Source of the DNA: an uncultured bacterium
GTDB lineage: Bacteria > Patescibacteriota > Minisyncoccia > Moranbacterales > UBA2206
Assembly (NCBI GenBank): GCA_903831805.1
Contig: CAIKZD010000009.1
Span: 145,192 to 209,191, forward strand
Length of the DNA stretch: 64,000 nucleotides
Direction: 5' to 3'
Shown: positions 19,701 to 28,228 of the stretch, piece by piece
Numbering within the stretch: the first letter of the stretch is position 1
How the letters are laid out: the number at the start of each line of letters is the position of its first letter
Made by a program: the position numbers and the translations under genes
Notes under the pieces: model-generated
Seen by the model: the letters and a program-made list of their open reading frames with translations, nothing else
The model's database searches: none
Told to the model about the DNA's origin: nothing

Positions 19701-19781
19701 AGATACGACCACAAAAGACATGGCAAAAAATGCAATCGATAAAAAAATTATCAGTTTCCTATTTTTATTTTGTTTTCTCAT
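16728..19781 (-). CDS. large secreted protein: signal peptide, parallel beta-helix, LCAT/PGAP1-like alpha/beta-hydrolase (putative lipase/acyltransferase)
   Basis: 1017 aa. N-terminal signal/TM. Repetitive beta-helix region. AYDWRQS and VTIVAHSNGG (GHSxG nucleophile elbow) as in the lecithin:cholesterol acyltransferase family. Confidence 0.6.
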   Translation of the reverse strand: MRKQNKNRKLIIFLSIAFFAMSFVVVSIFYSHPTVAAEVADGGICANAEDSGCDIKKDVTLQKGLYVFNKSIHVYGGATLTIEPGAKIEFMKDSSGDNTSISILGGRILAEGTHDDPIYISSKETKHRGSLIYFRNDLYYDNSGKTSSPESRLKYVKISGGGESPESGGGTCQNCQVFQNFLHSFINSAYATDYGQAALDFYGGKLRLESCQFSDNAGVDVNVDLRVRSRNQNDSLKIIRSNFENNVDDMAVISNIYGPGLASNSNLLNMLVLENNWYDSPDGPKFNLSSSIGGEGVINGALTNGYHNTKWDLFSENSSVMFLPGIKASKLYKKGVLGSEDQLWPPNYFGNDVSELALDEDGGSINDVYTRDIIEEVGAPVIGNNIYKTFRANLNSLKENLTIDDYNLFAYDWRQSVEDVAGYGTPYEEETKSAVGELEKLAEDSQNKKVTIVAHSNGGLLAKAIVKRLEEMGKTEMVDKIILVGTPQMGTPKGVLSLLYGYDEEMIGGSLMNRAEARKLAENMPGAYGLLPSREYFNRLEEPLIDFSAVNPAHNTRYKKFKEDYGESIGKGEFDEFQDFLTGEKDGRVKPAENEIESENILKKNLLEQADQTHQNLDSWNLPENIKLIQIAGWGLDTISGLSYAEKEKVKCYAAPGAKIPSCTGIGEYEPIYEPKWTVDGDEIVTTPSALMMSGNSNTEKYWMDLYRYNDVNPDVDHSNILESDSINRFISDIIKNENQASLPEYIKTSRPEDYANAKPRIRMSLHSPLDIHLYDEKNNHTGPKIITDENGNERTIFEENIPNSYYQQFGERKYVGFPEGQNIRIEMEGYGSGAYTLKLEEIALVGGNEKALSQTTFANLPVSEKTNVSFYIPEDGLSNVSEIRADFDGDEKIDYTVSPIVNGEATLPEAYAMTPSIFRDSVEKYYQDGLIKGKSGKNVLLSGMKLIEEADKLLKMIEANPFINWRAKKVLIAAIERQLENQFDVMIKLVQKDKKNYAPAIKDILIEDLKFIKDNL

Positions 19782-19848
19782 TAGAGTTTATTTTAATTTT
19801 TACCCTAACCATATCATACCACATTCTCCAAAAACAGAAAGTGGTTGC

Positions 19849-19883
19849 GCTGTAGAGGCGCAGCAATGCTGCGCCTCTACAGC
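19849..19883. repeat. GC-rich perfect palindrome (17-bp arms, 1-nt spacer)
   Basis: gctgtagaggcgcagca a tgctgcgcctctacagc. Absent from the paralogous copy at ~25090-25130. Confidence 0.7.
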
Positions 19884-19923
19884 AAGGCTTGAGAAATTTG
19901 GGGATTAGGGTAAGATAGAGAAT

Positions 19924-19992
19924 ATGAGTGAAAGAGATTCAAAAATCTATATTGTCATTCCGACATATAACGAAGCGCTGGGGATAAGGTGA
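19924..19992 (+). pseudogene. truncated N-terminal fragment of a GT2 glycosyltransferase gene (paralog of 25162..25851)
   Basis: MSERDSKIYIVIPTYNEALGIR* versus MSETDPKIYIVIPAYNEGKVIEQ in the intact copy. Stop after 22 codons. Confidence 0.55.
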
Positions 19993-20082
19993 TTGGAGGC
20001 ATATTTCATAACGTCATACTTGACCTTTTGAATGTTTAAGGTATACTTGAAACATAATATAAAATATCATTACCTTTAAGCT

Positions 20083-21342
20083 ATGGATGAAACACTTAAA
20101 AAACTGGAGAAATACAACTATTGGCATAAACAAGCCATAAAAACCGGATTTATCCGAAAATTTTACTTGTCCAAAATAAAAAAATACACCGGCAATTCTT
20201 TGATTAAGGTGCTGCTTGGCCAGCGCCGAGTCGGCAAAAGCTATGTTTTGCGTCAAATTATAGATGCCCTGATCAAACAAGGAGTCAACCCAAAAAATAC
20301 TTTCTATTTCAATAAAGAGCTAGTGGAATTTGATGAGATAAAGACTCACAAACAGCTTTTTGATCTCATCGCTTTATACAAAAAAAATCTGAAAGTTAAA
20401 GGAAAAATATATCTATTGCTTGATGAAATTCAAGAAATCGACCAATGGGAAAAGACGGTAAACTCTCTCTCACAAAATCACAAAGAAGAATATGAGATTT
20501 TCATCACCGGTTCCAATTCCAAAATGCTTTCTTCTGAATTGGCCACTCACTTAAGCGGCCGCTATGTAACTTTTGAAATTTCCCCTTTTTCCTTTGATGA
20601 ATTTATATCTTCGCGAAATCTTCCAAAAAACAAAGCGAGTTTTTTGTCATACATGAAAACTGGCGGGTTGCCGGAACTCTTCAATCTGACCGACGCCGAA
20701 GCGCGCGTCCATTATGTCTCCGCCTTGAAGGATACTGTTATGCTGCATGATATCGTGGAACGGCACGGCGTCAAAGACATTCCTCTTTTGGAAAATGTCT
20801 TTAAATTCATCATGGACAATATCGGCAGTTTGTTTTCGGTCAACTCCGTCGTGAATTATCTTATAAGTCACAAAATCAAGACCAATCACGAAACGATTTC
20901 CAATTATGTAAACTATCTGGTGCAATCTTTCCTGATCCACTCCGCCCAGCGTTATGACATACGCGGCAAGGAAATTTTTTCCACCGGCCAAAAATATTAT
21001 CTGAACGATTTGGCATTCAGAAATTATTTGACATCCGGCTTCAGCTATGGACTAGGCAAGCAACTCGAAAATATTATCTATTTGCATTATAGAAGACTGG
21101 GCTATTCTGTTTGCGCTGGGTCGATTTCAAATGAAGAAGTTGATTTTGTATTGGAAAAAGAAGGCGAAAAAAAATATATCCAAGTCGCCTATACGCTTTC
21201 AGATAAAAAAACAGCCGATCGAGAATTTAGGAGTTTGGAAAAAATCAGAGATGCTTTTGAAAAGATAGTCATCAGCCTGGATGATGCGCCACTTGGAAAC
21301 AAGAATGGCATCCGCCATGTTTGCGCGTGGGAGTTGGAATAG
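20083..21342 (+). CDS. AAA+ ATPase of the COG1373 type (AAA domain plus DUF4143-like C-terminus)
   Basis: 419 aa. LLGQRRVGKSYVL Walker A, LLLDEIQ Walker B. Confidence 0.7.
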   Translation: MDETLKKLEKYNYWHKQAIKTGFIRKFYLSKIKKYTGNSLIKVLLGQRRVGKSYVLRQIIDALIKQGVNPKNTFYFNKELVEFDEIKTHKQLFDLIALYKKNLKVKGKIYLLLDEIQEIDQWEKTVNSLSQNHKEEYEIFITGSNSKMLSSELATHLSGRYVTFEISPFSFDEFISSRNLPKNKASFLSYMKTGGLPELFNLTDAEARVHYVSALKDTVMLHDIVERHGVKDIPLLENVFKFIMDNIGSLFSVNSVVNYLISHKIKTNHETISNYVNYLVQSFLIHSAQRYDIRGKEIFSTGQKYYLNDLAFRNYLTSGFSYGLGKQLENIIYLHYRRLGYSVCAGSISNEEVDFVLEKEGEKKYIQVAYTLSDKKTADREFRSLEKIRDAFEKIVISLDDAPLGNKNGIRHVCAWELE

Positions 21343-21357
21343 AAACCATACTCTTCC

Positions 21358-24300
21358 CTACACCTTCACCCTCTCCAAATCTTCCACCAAAATTGTTTGG
21401 ATTTTTGAATCAATGGTGCGAGCGAAATTTTTGTCTCGCTGAATTTGGTTTTCCAAGTCATTGATTTCGCGGTTGATGTTTTGTTTGAGATTTTCAATCA
21501 CCTTGTCCTTGGCCCACTGCGGTAGCCAGTGAGATTGAAAAGCGTTGAGTAAGACTATCATTTCTTGAATGTTTTTCAATTTAACTTCTAGGACAATTCT
21601 GGTGCTCAGTTTAGAAATGAGACCGAGGTTGAAATAGTGGGAAATGTTAGCGCTCATGGCGTTGAGATTGGTGGTGAGTGTAAACTTTGCTTCTGTTCGG
21701 GCTTGATTGCCCGCGGCGTCGGTCGCGGTGACGGCGACGGTGTGCGTGCCAAGTTTTTCCAGCGACAAATCGATTTGTTTTTTTTCTATGATATTTCCGT
21801 CATAGAAAACTTTTGTGACCAGTTTATCTGCCGCACTTTGATTGTCATTGGCAACATAGGTTATTGGCAACATGCCAGAGTTTTGGTAGTTTATATTTTT
21901 GGGTGAAGTGATTTGAACAGTGGGCACCGCCTGATCGAGCTTGATGGTTATTGTTTTTTCTATTTCAATGTTACCAGCTTTGTCAGTTGAATGATATTTA
22001 ATCTGATGCGTGCCGTCATTTGAAATTGTCAGTGTGTTTCCATTTTGCGCACTGCCACCATCCAGCGTATAGAAAGTTTGGTCTGCCCCGGACAAAGTTT
22101 CAGTGGCGGAAAAATTCAGTGTCACCGCCGATGTGTACCAATCATTCTCCCCTTTCGTGCCGGTGACTTCTGCCGTTGTGATGGGTGGGGTGGTGTCGAT
22201 GTTGATGTTTCCGACTGTCATGCTATTTTTATTGCCAGCATTATCCTCCGCCTCACCGGTCGCAACTTGATTTTGGCCTTCGCTACTCAGTGTCACGTTT
22301 GGCGTAACCGATCCAGCTTTTATACCAGAATCATCTGTGGCAGCAAAATGAATTTTAACATCGGTGTTGTTCCAACCATTCGCATTGGCCACCGGCGTGA
22401 CTGAGGCGGTGATGGTGGGCGGAGTGGTGTCGACAGATTTAATATCTTCAACCGGCGCTTCGTTTTTAGGATCATACGCGACCTCGTATTTTTTAACTTC
22501 CCCGAGTTTAATCTCTCCTTGAACCAAAGAAGAGCTATCATTTTTCATTCCCGTATAATCAGCATAATCCGACCCGATGTGATATTCCCCATTGCCATTG
22601 CCGGTTATTTTGACATCATATTTTCCTTTCTTTGGATTTGGGATAGAAAATATTTTAAACCCATCTGGATTTGATTGACCGGCATATTTGGCTAACGGAA
22701 TATTATTGATATTATCACTAGTAATAATATTCCCCTCAGGATCTTTTATCTCAACATTTACCGGAGATGCAAACCAAACAACCATCTCATCATTAATTTG
22801 TGGAGAATCAACAATATTATCCAGTGTTTCATCCAATCTTTGTGCGATTATTTTTTCTGATTGACTGACAACCTCCTTGTGCCCAAAGCTCAACGAATCG
22901 AAAAATTTACTTTGAATCTGAGCAGATGAAAGCATAACCTCACCGTCTCCGCTAGAATCATTTTTTTGCGGATCTATTGGATCCGGCTTACCATCTTTCC
23001 AAAGATCAGTATTTGAATCATCAGAAACGACAGTAGGAATTGTATTGACAGTTGGCTGATCTTTGCCGGCAATTATACTAACCTTGACTCTTTGATTTAG
23101 CAGGTCAATATTATTATTCAGTCCATCAAGAAAATCATTCTTTTCATTCATTGTCGCATAACCCATTAGACTGTCCGGCGTATTCTTGGGGTAAGTATAG
23201 TTATAACGCGGCATTAGTTCTCCGACAGAAGGCATAAAATCATGAATTGCTTTATAATCATTAGGTGCTTTATTTTTTATCTTCAAATGCGCCTTATATG
23301 CTTCCATCAACAATCTGTTGTCCCAATTTTTTGGTATATATCCGCCTTCCCATGCATCATAAACATCCGACGATCCCTTATTGGGCGTGGCCAACATAAT
23401 TAAATTATCGACATCGTTATTATAACCACTGCCTTCTATATAACTTCTTGCCACCAACCCTCCCATAGAGTGAGCCACAATATTCACTTCAGAAGTTCCA
23501 TTGAGAGAATTGGCTTTTTGAATTAGTGGCTTTAAATAATTTTTTGCAGAATCAGCATTGCTATTCCTCCAATCATAATAGGCGATGAAAAAATCTTTGT
23601 TTTCTACATAGCCCATATCTTTAAAAGATTGGATGATGCCATCATAAGTATGATCCATCATTGTCCAATTACCAGGAAGCGCGCCACCGATCATGATATC
23701 CGGATTGATTGCCGCGGCTATCCCTGGAACAAGGATGACTGGCTCTCTGGTTTTCGATGGATCACTGCCTAGCCATGGTTTGAAAATAACTCCGTCTCCA
23801 ACCTTATTTCCTTTCCCATCAAGATTTTTTTCTGCATTGACCCAAGTCGTATCATAATATGGCCCGCTCTTATCCCCCCACCAATTATTCTGTGCATTCA
23901 AGCTGTAGCTATGTCCGCCAGAAGATGCAGCGCCCATCATATTGCCTTCTATGATATTATTCGTCATAGTAGGACTCTTATATGTAGTGTTGTTATAAAC
24001 TACTACCCCAACTGAATTATTTGTAATGGCATTACCTTCTATAATAGGCAAGGAATCCATTAAATATAAAGCACAAAAACCACTATATTTTATTTCATTA
24101 TTTTTTATTATAGCATTGTCCGAATTGTTTATAGTAAGCGCTCCAGATACATTTCCACTTCTTGTTCCATATAAGAAAATTACATTTTCTATGTCAGCAT
24201 CTGATTTGTACAGATATAACCCTGGCCAATCCCCTGAAGCTGGACTAGTCGCATCGCCATCCCCATTGGTGTCTCCACCAAAAGAATCATCCTTCCAAGA

Positions 24301-24597
24301 AGTGAAAACAATCTTATCATCTTCTGAACCTTTAGCAATTAACTCGTGTGACATTATGCTGATACTAGCACCTGGCTTGACCTTAATGACTGTCCCAGCC
24401 TCTATTGTAAGTTTAGCATTTATTGTAAGATAGTCTGCAATCACATAAGGACTTTCTATTTTCTTCCATATCGTGGGTTCATTTATTGAATAGCCCTTGA
24501 TTATCGTCGGGCCAGCAGCATAAGTGCTTTTTGCACTAGCTAAGAAAGAAATTCCTGAAATAATTATTACTGCCAAACTAACTAATAATCTTTTCAT
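21358..24597 (-). CDS. large secreted protein: signal peptide, beta-helix, LCAT/PGAP1-like alpha/beta-hydrolase, three Ig-like domains, C-terminal coiled coil
   Basis: The track ORF extends to 24678, but the signal peptide MKRLLVSLAVIIISGISFLASA starts at ATG 24595-24597. YYDWRNS and VNIVAHSMGG lipase motifs. Repeated TTPP...T Ig-like modules. Paralog of CDS 16728..19781. Confidence 0.6.
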   Translation of the reverse strand: MKRLLVSLAVIIISGISFLASAKSTYAAGPTIIKGYSINEPTIWKKIESPYVIADYLTINAKLTIEAGTVIKVKPGASISIMSHELIAKGSEDDKIVFTSWKDDSFGGDTNGDGDATSPASGDWPGLYLYKSDADIENVIFLYGTRSGNVSGALTINNSDNAIIKNNEIKYSGFCALYLMDSLPIIEGNAITNNSVGVVVYNNTTYKSPTMTNNIIEGNMMGAASSGGHSYSLNAQNNWWGDKSGPYYDTTWVNAEKNLDGKGNKVGDGVIFKPWLGSDPSKTREPVILVPGIAAAINPDIMIGGALPGNWTMMDHTYDGIIQSFKDMGYVENKDFFIAYYDWRNSNADSAKNYLKPLIQKANSLNGTSEVNIVAHSMGGLVARSYIEGSGYNNDVDNLIMLATPNKGSSDVYDAWEGGYIPKNWDNRLLMEAYKAHLKIKNKAPNDYKAIHDFMPSVGELMPRYNYTYPKNTPDSLMGYATMNEKNDFLDGLNNNIDLLNQRVKVSIIAGKDQPTVNTIPTVVSDDSNTDLWKDGKPDPIDPQKNDSSGDGEVMLSSAQIQSKFFDSLSFGHKEVVSQSEKIIAQRLDETLDNIVDSPQINDEMVVWFASPVNVEIKDPEGNIITSDNINNIPLAKYAGQSNPDGFKIFSIPNPKKGKYDVKITGNGNGEYHIGSDYADYTGMKNDSSSLVQGEIKLGEVKKYEVAYDPKNEAPVEDIKSVDTTPPTITASVTPVANANGWNNTDVKIHFAATDDSGIKAGSVTPNVTLSSEGQNQVATGEAEDNAGNKNSMTVGNINIDTTPPITTAEVTGTKGENDWYTSAVTLNFSATETLSGADQTFYTLDGGSAQNGNTLTISNDGTHQIKYHSTDKAGNIEIEKTITIKLDQAVPTVQITSPKNINYQNSGMLPITYVANDNQSAADKLVTKVFYDGNIIEKKQIDLSLEKLGTHTVAVTATDAAGNQARTEAKFTLTTNLNAMSANISHYFNLGLISKLSTRIVLEVKLKNIQEMIVLLNAFQSHWLPQWAKDKVIENLKQNINREINDLENQIQRDKNFARTIDSKIQTILVEDLERVKV

Positions 24598-24610
24598 ATT
24601 TTGTATGCTA

Positions 24611-25039
24611 CTAATTAAGAGCCTTAAATATTCCCCCGACAGCCATTGGGAAAATGATATAAACAAAAATAAACGCATAGGTTACAATTATTGCAATAGA
24701 AATAATTAGCGAAATAAAAAATGATCTTATATTTATCTTATCATAAATTATTTTTGTGAAAATAAATGGGGATGTAATTATAAGCAATAGCACTATATAT
24801 ATACTCCCCATACTTATTCCATCGAAATAATCAAGCTGATTATAATGATGAATATATTTTAAAATAAAGTCATATATAACTGTTGTTGAAAAATAAAAAA
24901 ATATTAGCGTTAACAGTGAACTTAAACTCACATACCGCCATCTACTTTTTTCCTTCAAAAACCTCAACCAAAAAAACGGCGAGATTATGATGCCGGCAAT
25001 GAGAAATGAACAAATCCAGATAATTAAAGTTTTAATCAT
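24611..25039 (-). CDS. small integral membrane protein (hypothetical)
   Basis: 142 aa, 4 TM helices. Confidence 0.4.
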   Translation of the reverse strand: MIKTLIIWICSFLIAGIIISPFFWLRFLKEKSRWRYVSLSSLLTLIFFYFSTTVIYDFILKYIHHYNQLDYFDGISMGSIYIVLLLIITSPFIFTKIIYDKINIRSFFISLIISIAIIVTYAFIFVYIIFPMAVGGIFKALN

Positions 25040-25161
25040 TTTTAGTTTTTAATTTTTAAACCTAACCATATCATACCACATTCTAAAATAACTGAAAGTG
25101 GTCAGGGAGCTTGCGAAAGCCAAGGCTTGATAAATTTGAGGATTAGGGTAAGATAGAATAT

Positions 25162-25851
25162 ATGAGTGAAACAGACCCAAAAATCTACATCGTTATTCCG
25201 GCGTATAATGAGGGCAAGGTCATTGAGCAAACCATTCTATCGCTTAAGAACGAGAGGTATTCAAATATACTCGTAGTTAATGATGGCAGCTCTGACAAAA
25301 CGAAAGAGAACGCTCACCTCGCCGGTGCAGAGGTAATTGACCATATAATCAATCGCGGGCAAGGCGCGGCGCTGCGCACCGGGATAGAATATCTGCGGGA
25401 AAATTCCGATCCGGATATTATCGTCACCTTTGACGCCGACGGCCAACACCAGGCCAAGGATATACAAAAATTTGTCGAACTGATTTCTAAGGGTGAATGT
25501 GACATTGCCCTAGGCTCCCGTTTTTTAGCAAAAAAATCAAACATCCCAAGATTGAGAAAGATCATTCTCAAGCTCGGTGTGATTTTTACAAGATTCATTT
25601 CGGACATAGCTGTCACTGATACGCATAATGGCTTTAGGGCCCTTGGCAGGAAAGCCATCCAGTCGATAGAAATTACGCAAAGGGGCATGGAGCATGCTTC
25701 GGAGATAATTGATGAGATAAAAAAGAGAAAATTATCTTTCAAAGAAGTCCCCGTAGAAGTTATCTATACTGAATACTCAAAGATAAAGGGACAAAAAAAT
25801 TCTAACTTTGTTAAAATAGGGATCAAAATGATTCTTAAAAAACTTTTATGA
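25162..25851 (+). CDS. GT2 glycosyltransferase (Dpm1-like, soluble)
   Basis: IVIPAYNEG...VNDGSSD...FDADGQHQ. Confidence 0.75.
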   Translation: MSETDPKIYIVIPAYNEGKVIEQTILSLKNERYSNILVVNDGSSDKTKENAHLAGAEVIDHIINRGQGAALRTGIEYLRENSDPDIIVTFDADGQHQAKDIQKFVELISKGECDIALGSRFLAKKSNIPRLRKIILKLGVIFTRFISDIAVTDTHNGFRALGRKAIQSIEITQRGMEHASEIIDEIKKRKLSFKEVPVEVIYTEYSKIKGQKNSNFVKIGIKMILKKLL

Positions 25852-26192
25852 AAATAACCTTCCTAAATCTCATCGTCCTTGTCTTTGGAGCCTTTGCCAT
25901 ATCTAGGGTTTTTTTAAGGTTCCGCGGTAAGGAACTTTCCCTGGCCGGAGCAATTTTTTGGAGCTTTATTTGGTTTACTATTTTCATCGTAGCGATCTTC
26001 CCTAGCTCCAGCGTCGAACTGGCCAAAATCATCGGCATCGGAAGGGGCGCCGATTCAGCCTTTTTCATTTCTATCCTACTTCTTTTTTATCTGATATTCA
26101 GACTCTATATAAAATTAGATAAGATCGATAAAGATTTGACCAAGCTGTCCATAGAAATTTCCAAAAAACTGCATAAAAATAATATTCAATAA
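25848..26192 (+). CDS. small membrane protein (DUF2304-like, GT2-associated)
   Basis: 114 aa, 3 TM helices. ATGA overlap with the upstream GT2 gene. Confidence 0.45.
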   Translation: MKITFLNLIVLVFGAFAISRVFLRFRGKELSLAGAIFWSFIWFTIFIVAIFPSSSVELAKIIGIGRGADSAFFISILLLFYLIFRLYIKLDKIDKDLTKLSIEISKKLHKNNIQ

Positions 26193-26195
26193 GAG

Positions 26196-27308
26196 ATGAA
26201 AATTTGTTTTATCACTGAACACTTCCCGCCTCACATCGGCGGCGTGGAAATTGTTTTTGCGGAATATGCCAAAAGACTTGCGCAAAGAGGCCATCAGGTG
26301 CGAGTCGTCACCAGCAATTCCGGAGGGATAATCGGAGTAAAAAATGAAGGTGGCTTTGAAACGCATTATCTAGATTGCAAATCTTTTTTTGGCCATCCGC
26401 TCATTCCTCAGGACGAAGCAAATAGACACGCCGCCTGGGCAGATATCATCCATACCACCACCTATACGGCCGCCATGCCCGCACTCAAAGCAGCCAAAAA
26501 GTTCAAAAAGCCTTGCATCCTGATGGTGCATGAAATCCTGGAGAAGAAATGGTTTCAAGTAGAAAAAAACCCACTGAAAGCCCTGGGATTTCTTTTTTTT
26601 GAATGGTTCGTAGTGAAAAAAGATTACACCTTTTGGCAAGTCATTTCTCAAGCCACAAAAAAAGATTTATTGAAATACAACGTGCCAGAAAAAAAGATAC
26701 AATTGATCTATCATGGTATCGATTATTCCCTTTGGAATCCACAAGTCCAAGAAAAAAGTCTGACCAAATTATTCGACCTAGAAGATGCTTGCAAGATATT
26801 CTTGTATAACGGCCGCCCAGGACAAACCAAGGGGATTTTCCTTCTTTTGGAAGCCATAAAAAAAATCAGAAATGATTTACCAGAAAATTTCAAATTCGGA
26901 TTCATTCTAAGCCAAAAACCAGTGGCCGGGAAAAAAAGGTTTGAAAAATTGGTCAGCGAATATGGCCTGGAAAATTTAGTGCGAGCAGCCGCCATTCCGG
27001 CTTATTTAGATCTCCCTCCCTACCGCAAAAATGCTTTCGCCTTCATTGTCCCCTCGCTCACGGAAGGCTTTGGATTTTCTGCGGCTGAAACTTGTACACT
27101 TGGAGTTCCGATCATTTCCAGCAACGCCGGTTCTCTTCCTGAAGTTGTCAGTGGAAAAGTTCTATTTTTTGAAAACGGAAACGTAGATGATTTAGCAGAA
27201 AAAATTCTACTAGCGACGAAAAATCAATTCGACACCATTCCCCAGAAAAAATTTGATTGGGAAGAAGCCATCAATAAGGCAGAAGCAATATATAAAGAAC
27301 TTGCATGA
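26196..27308 (+). CDS. GT4 (GT-B) glycosyltransferase
   Basis: 370 aa. MKICFITEHFPPHIGGVE N-terminus. C-terminal EGFGFSAAETCTLGVPIIS motif. Confidence 0.75.
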   Translation: MKICFITEHFPPHIGGVEIVFAEYAKRLAQRGHQVRVVTSNSGGIIGVKNEGGFETHYLDCKSFFGHPLIPQDEANRHAAWADIIHTTTYTAAMPALKAAKKFKKPCILMVHEILEKKWFQVEKNPLKALGFLFFEWFVVKKDYTFWQVISQATKKDLLKYNVPEKKIQLIYHGIDYSLWNPQVQEKSLTKLFDLEDACKIFLYNGRPGQTKGIFLLLEAIKKIRNDLPENFKFGFILSQKPVAGKKRFEKLVSEYGLENLVRAAAIPAYLDLPPYRKNAFAFIVPSLTEGFGFSAAETCTLGVPIISSNAGSLPEVVSGKVLFFENGNVDDLAEKILLATKNQFDTIPQKKFDWEEAINKAEAIYKELA

Positions 27309-28228
27309 ATAAAATAATAATTTGCATTACAACATATAATAGGCCGGAGCAAATCTCGGCATTGCTTCAAGATCTTATCAATCAAGATAACCATAATTTT
27401 TCATTAGTTCTTCTTAATGATGGAGCAAATAAGAAAACTTGCGAGATATTCAATAATATAAACCTACCTTTCCCGCATTATTATTTCGAATCAAAACAAC
27501 CCAGTGGATTACCAGCGGCGCGAAATAAGATCATAGACTACATAGAAGCGCAAAAAATTGCTGATGAAAAAACTTATCTTGCATTTTTGGATGATGATCT
27601 TATTATTGATAAAAATTTTGTTTCCAATATTTCAAAGTATTCAGAAAAATATGATGGGTTCTGCTTTCGCATCATTCAAAAAGGCGCTTCAACAACTTTT
27701 GATTTCACAAAATGTCCAAAAATTCAAAAATTACTTTCTCCCCTTATAGGAAAGATGCTTCCCTTACTCGGCATGTTTTTTGGCGGATTTTACATACCAT
27801 CCAAAAAAATACAACGCGTTGACCATATCAACGGAGGCTGTCTAATTTACAATTTCTCGAAAAACAAAAGCCAACGTTTCGATATGAATCTCAATGAGGG
27901 GAATTTTGTGGCAGAAGACACATGCTTTTCTTATGGCCTTACACGAGTAGGCAATAAATTATACTATATTAGTAATTATAGTTATATTCATAATCCCCCA
28001 AGTCACGGCGGGTGCAAAATTGAAGAAAAGGATAATAGTTTTTTTTGGTATTGGAAGCATAAGTTGTATATTATTGAAAAATATCATGGAAAAACTGTAG
28101 GCAAATTCGCAAAAATATTTTCTTTTTTAGAATCTATTCTACTGTCATTATTTTTCAGAAAAAATTTGACCGCATATTATTTCAAGGCGCTTAGCAGCGA
28201 CTTCTACGACCAAAAACAATGCAAATAA
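27305..28228 (+). CDS. GT2 glycosyltransferase
   Basis: IICITTYNRPE...LLNDGA GT-A N-terminus. Confidence 0.65.
   Translation: MNKIIICITTYNRPEQISALLQDLINQDNHNFSLVLLNDGANKKTCEIFNNINLPFPHYYFESKQPSGLPAARNKIIDYIEAQKIADEKTYLAFLDDDLIIDKNFVSNISKYSEKYDGFCFRIIQKGASTTFDFTKCPKIQKLLSPLIGKMLPLLGMFFGGFYIPSKKIQRVDHINGGCLIYNFSKNKSQRFDMNLNEGNFVAEDTCFSYGLTRVGNKLYYISNYSYIHNPPSHGGCKIEEKDNSFFWYWKHKLYIIEKYHGKTVGKFAKIFSFLESILLSLFFRKNLTAYYFKALSSDFYDQKQCK

Larger units (their letters stand above)
19782..19992. repeat. segmental duplication of 25040..25230 (intergenic region plus first 22 codons of the GT2 gene)
   Basis: Shared blocks include aaccatatcataccacattct, ggattagggtaagataga, atgagtgaaa and caaaaatctacat. 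Confidence 0.6.

Noticed and set aside
24597-24678. Extended N-terminus of the large gene (track start 24678) overlapping the 142-aa membrane-protein gene
   Set aside because: The signal peptide begins at the internal ATG 24595-24597. Using it removes the overlap. The upstream 27 codons are likely untranslated.
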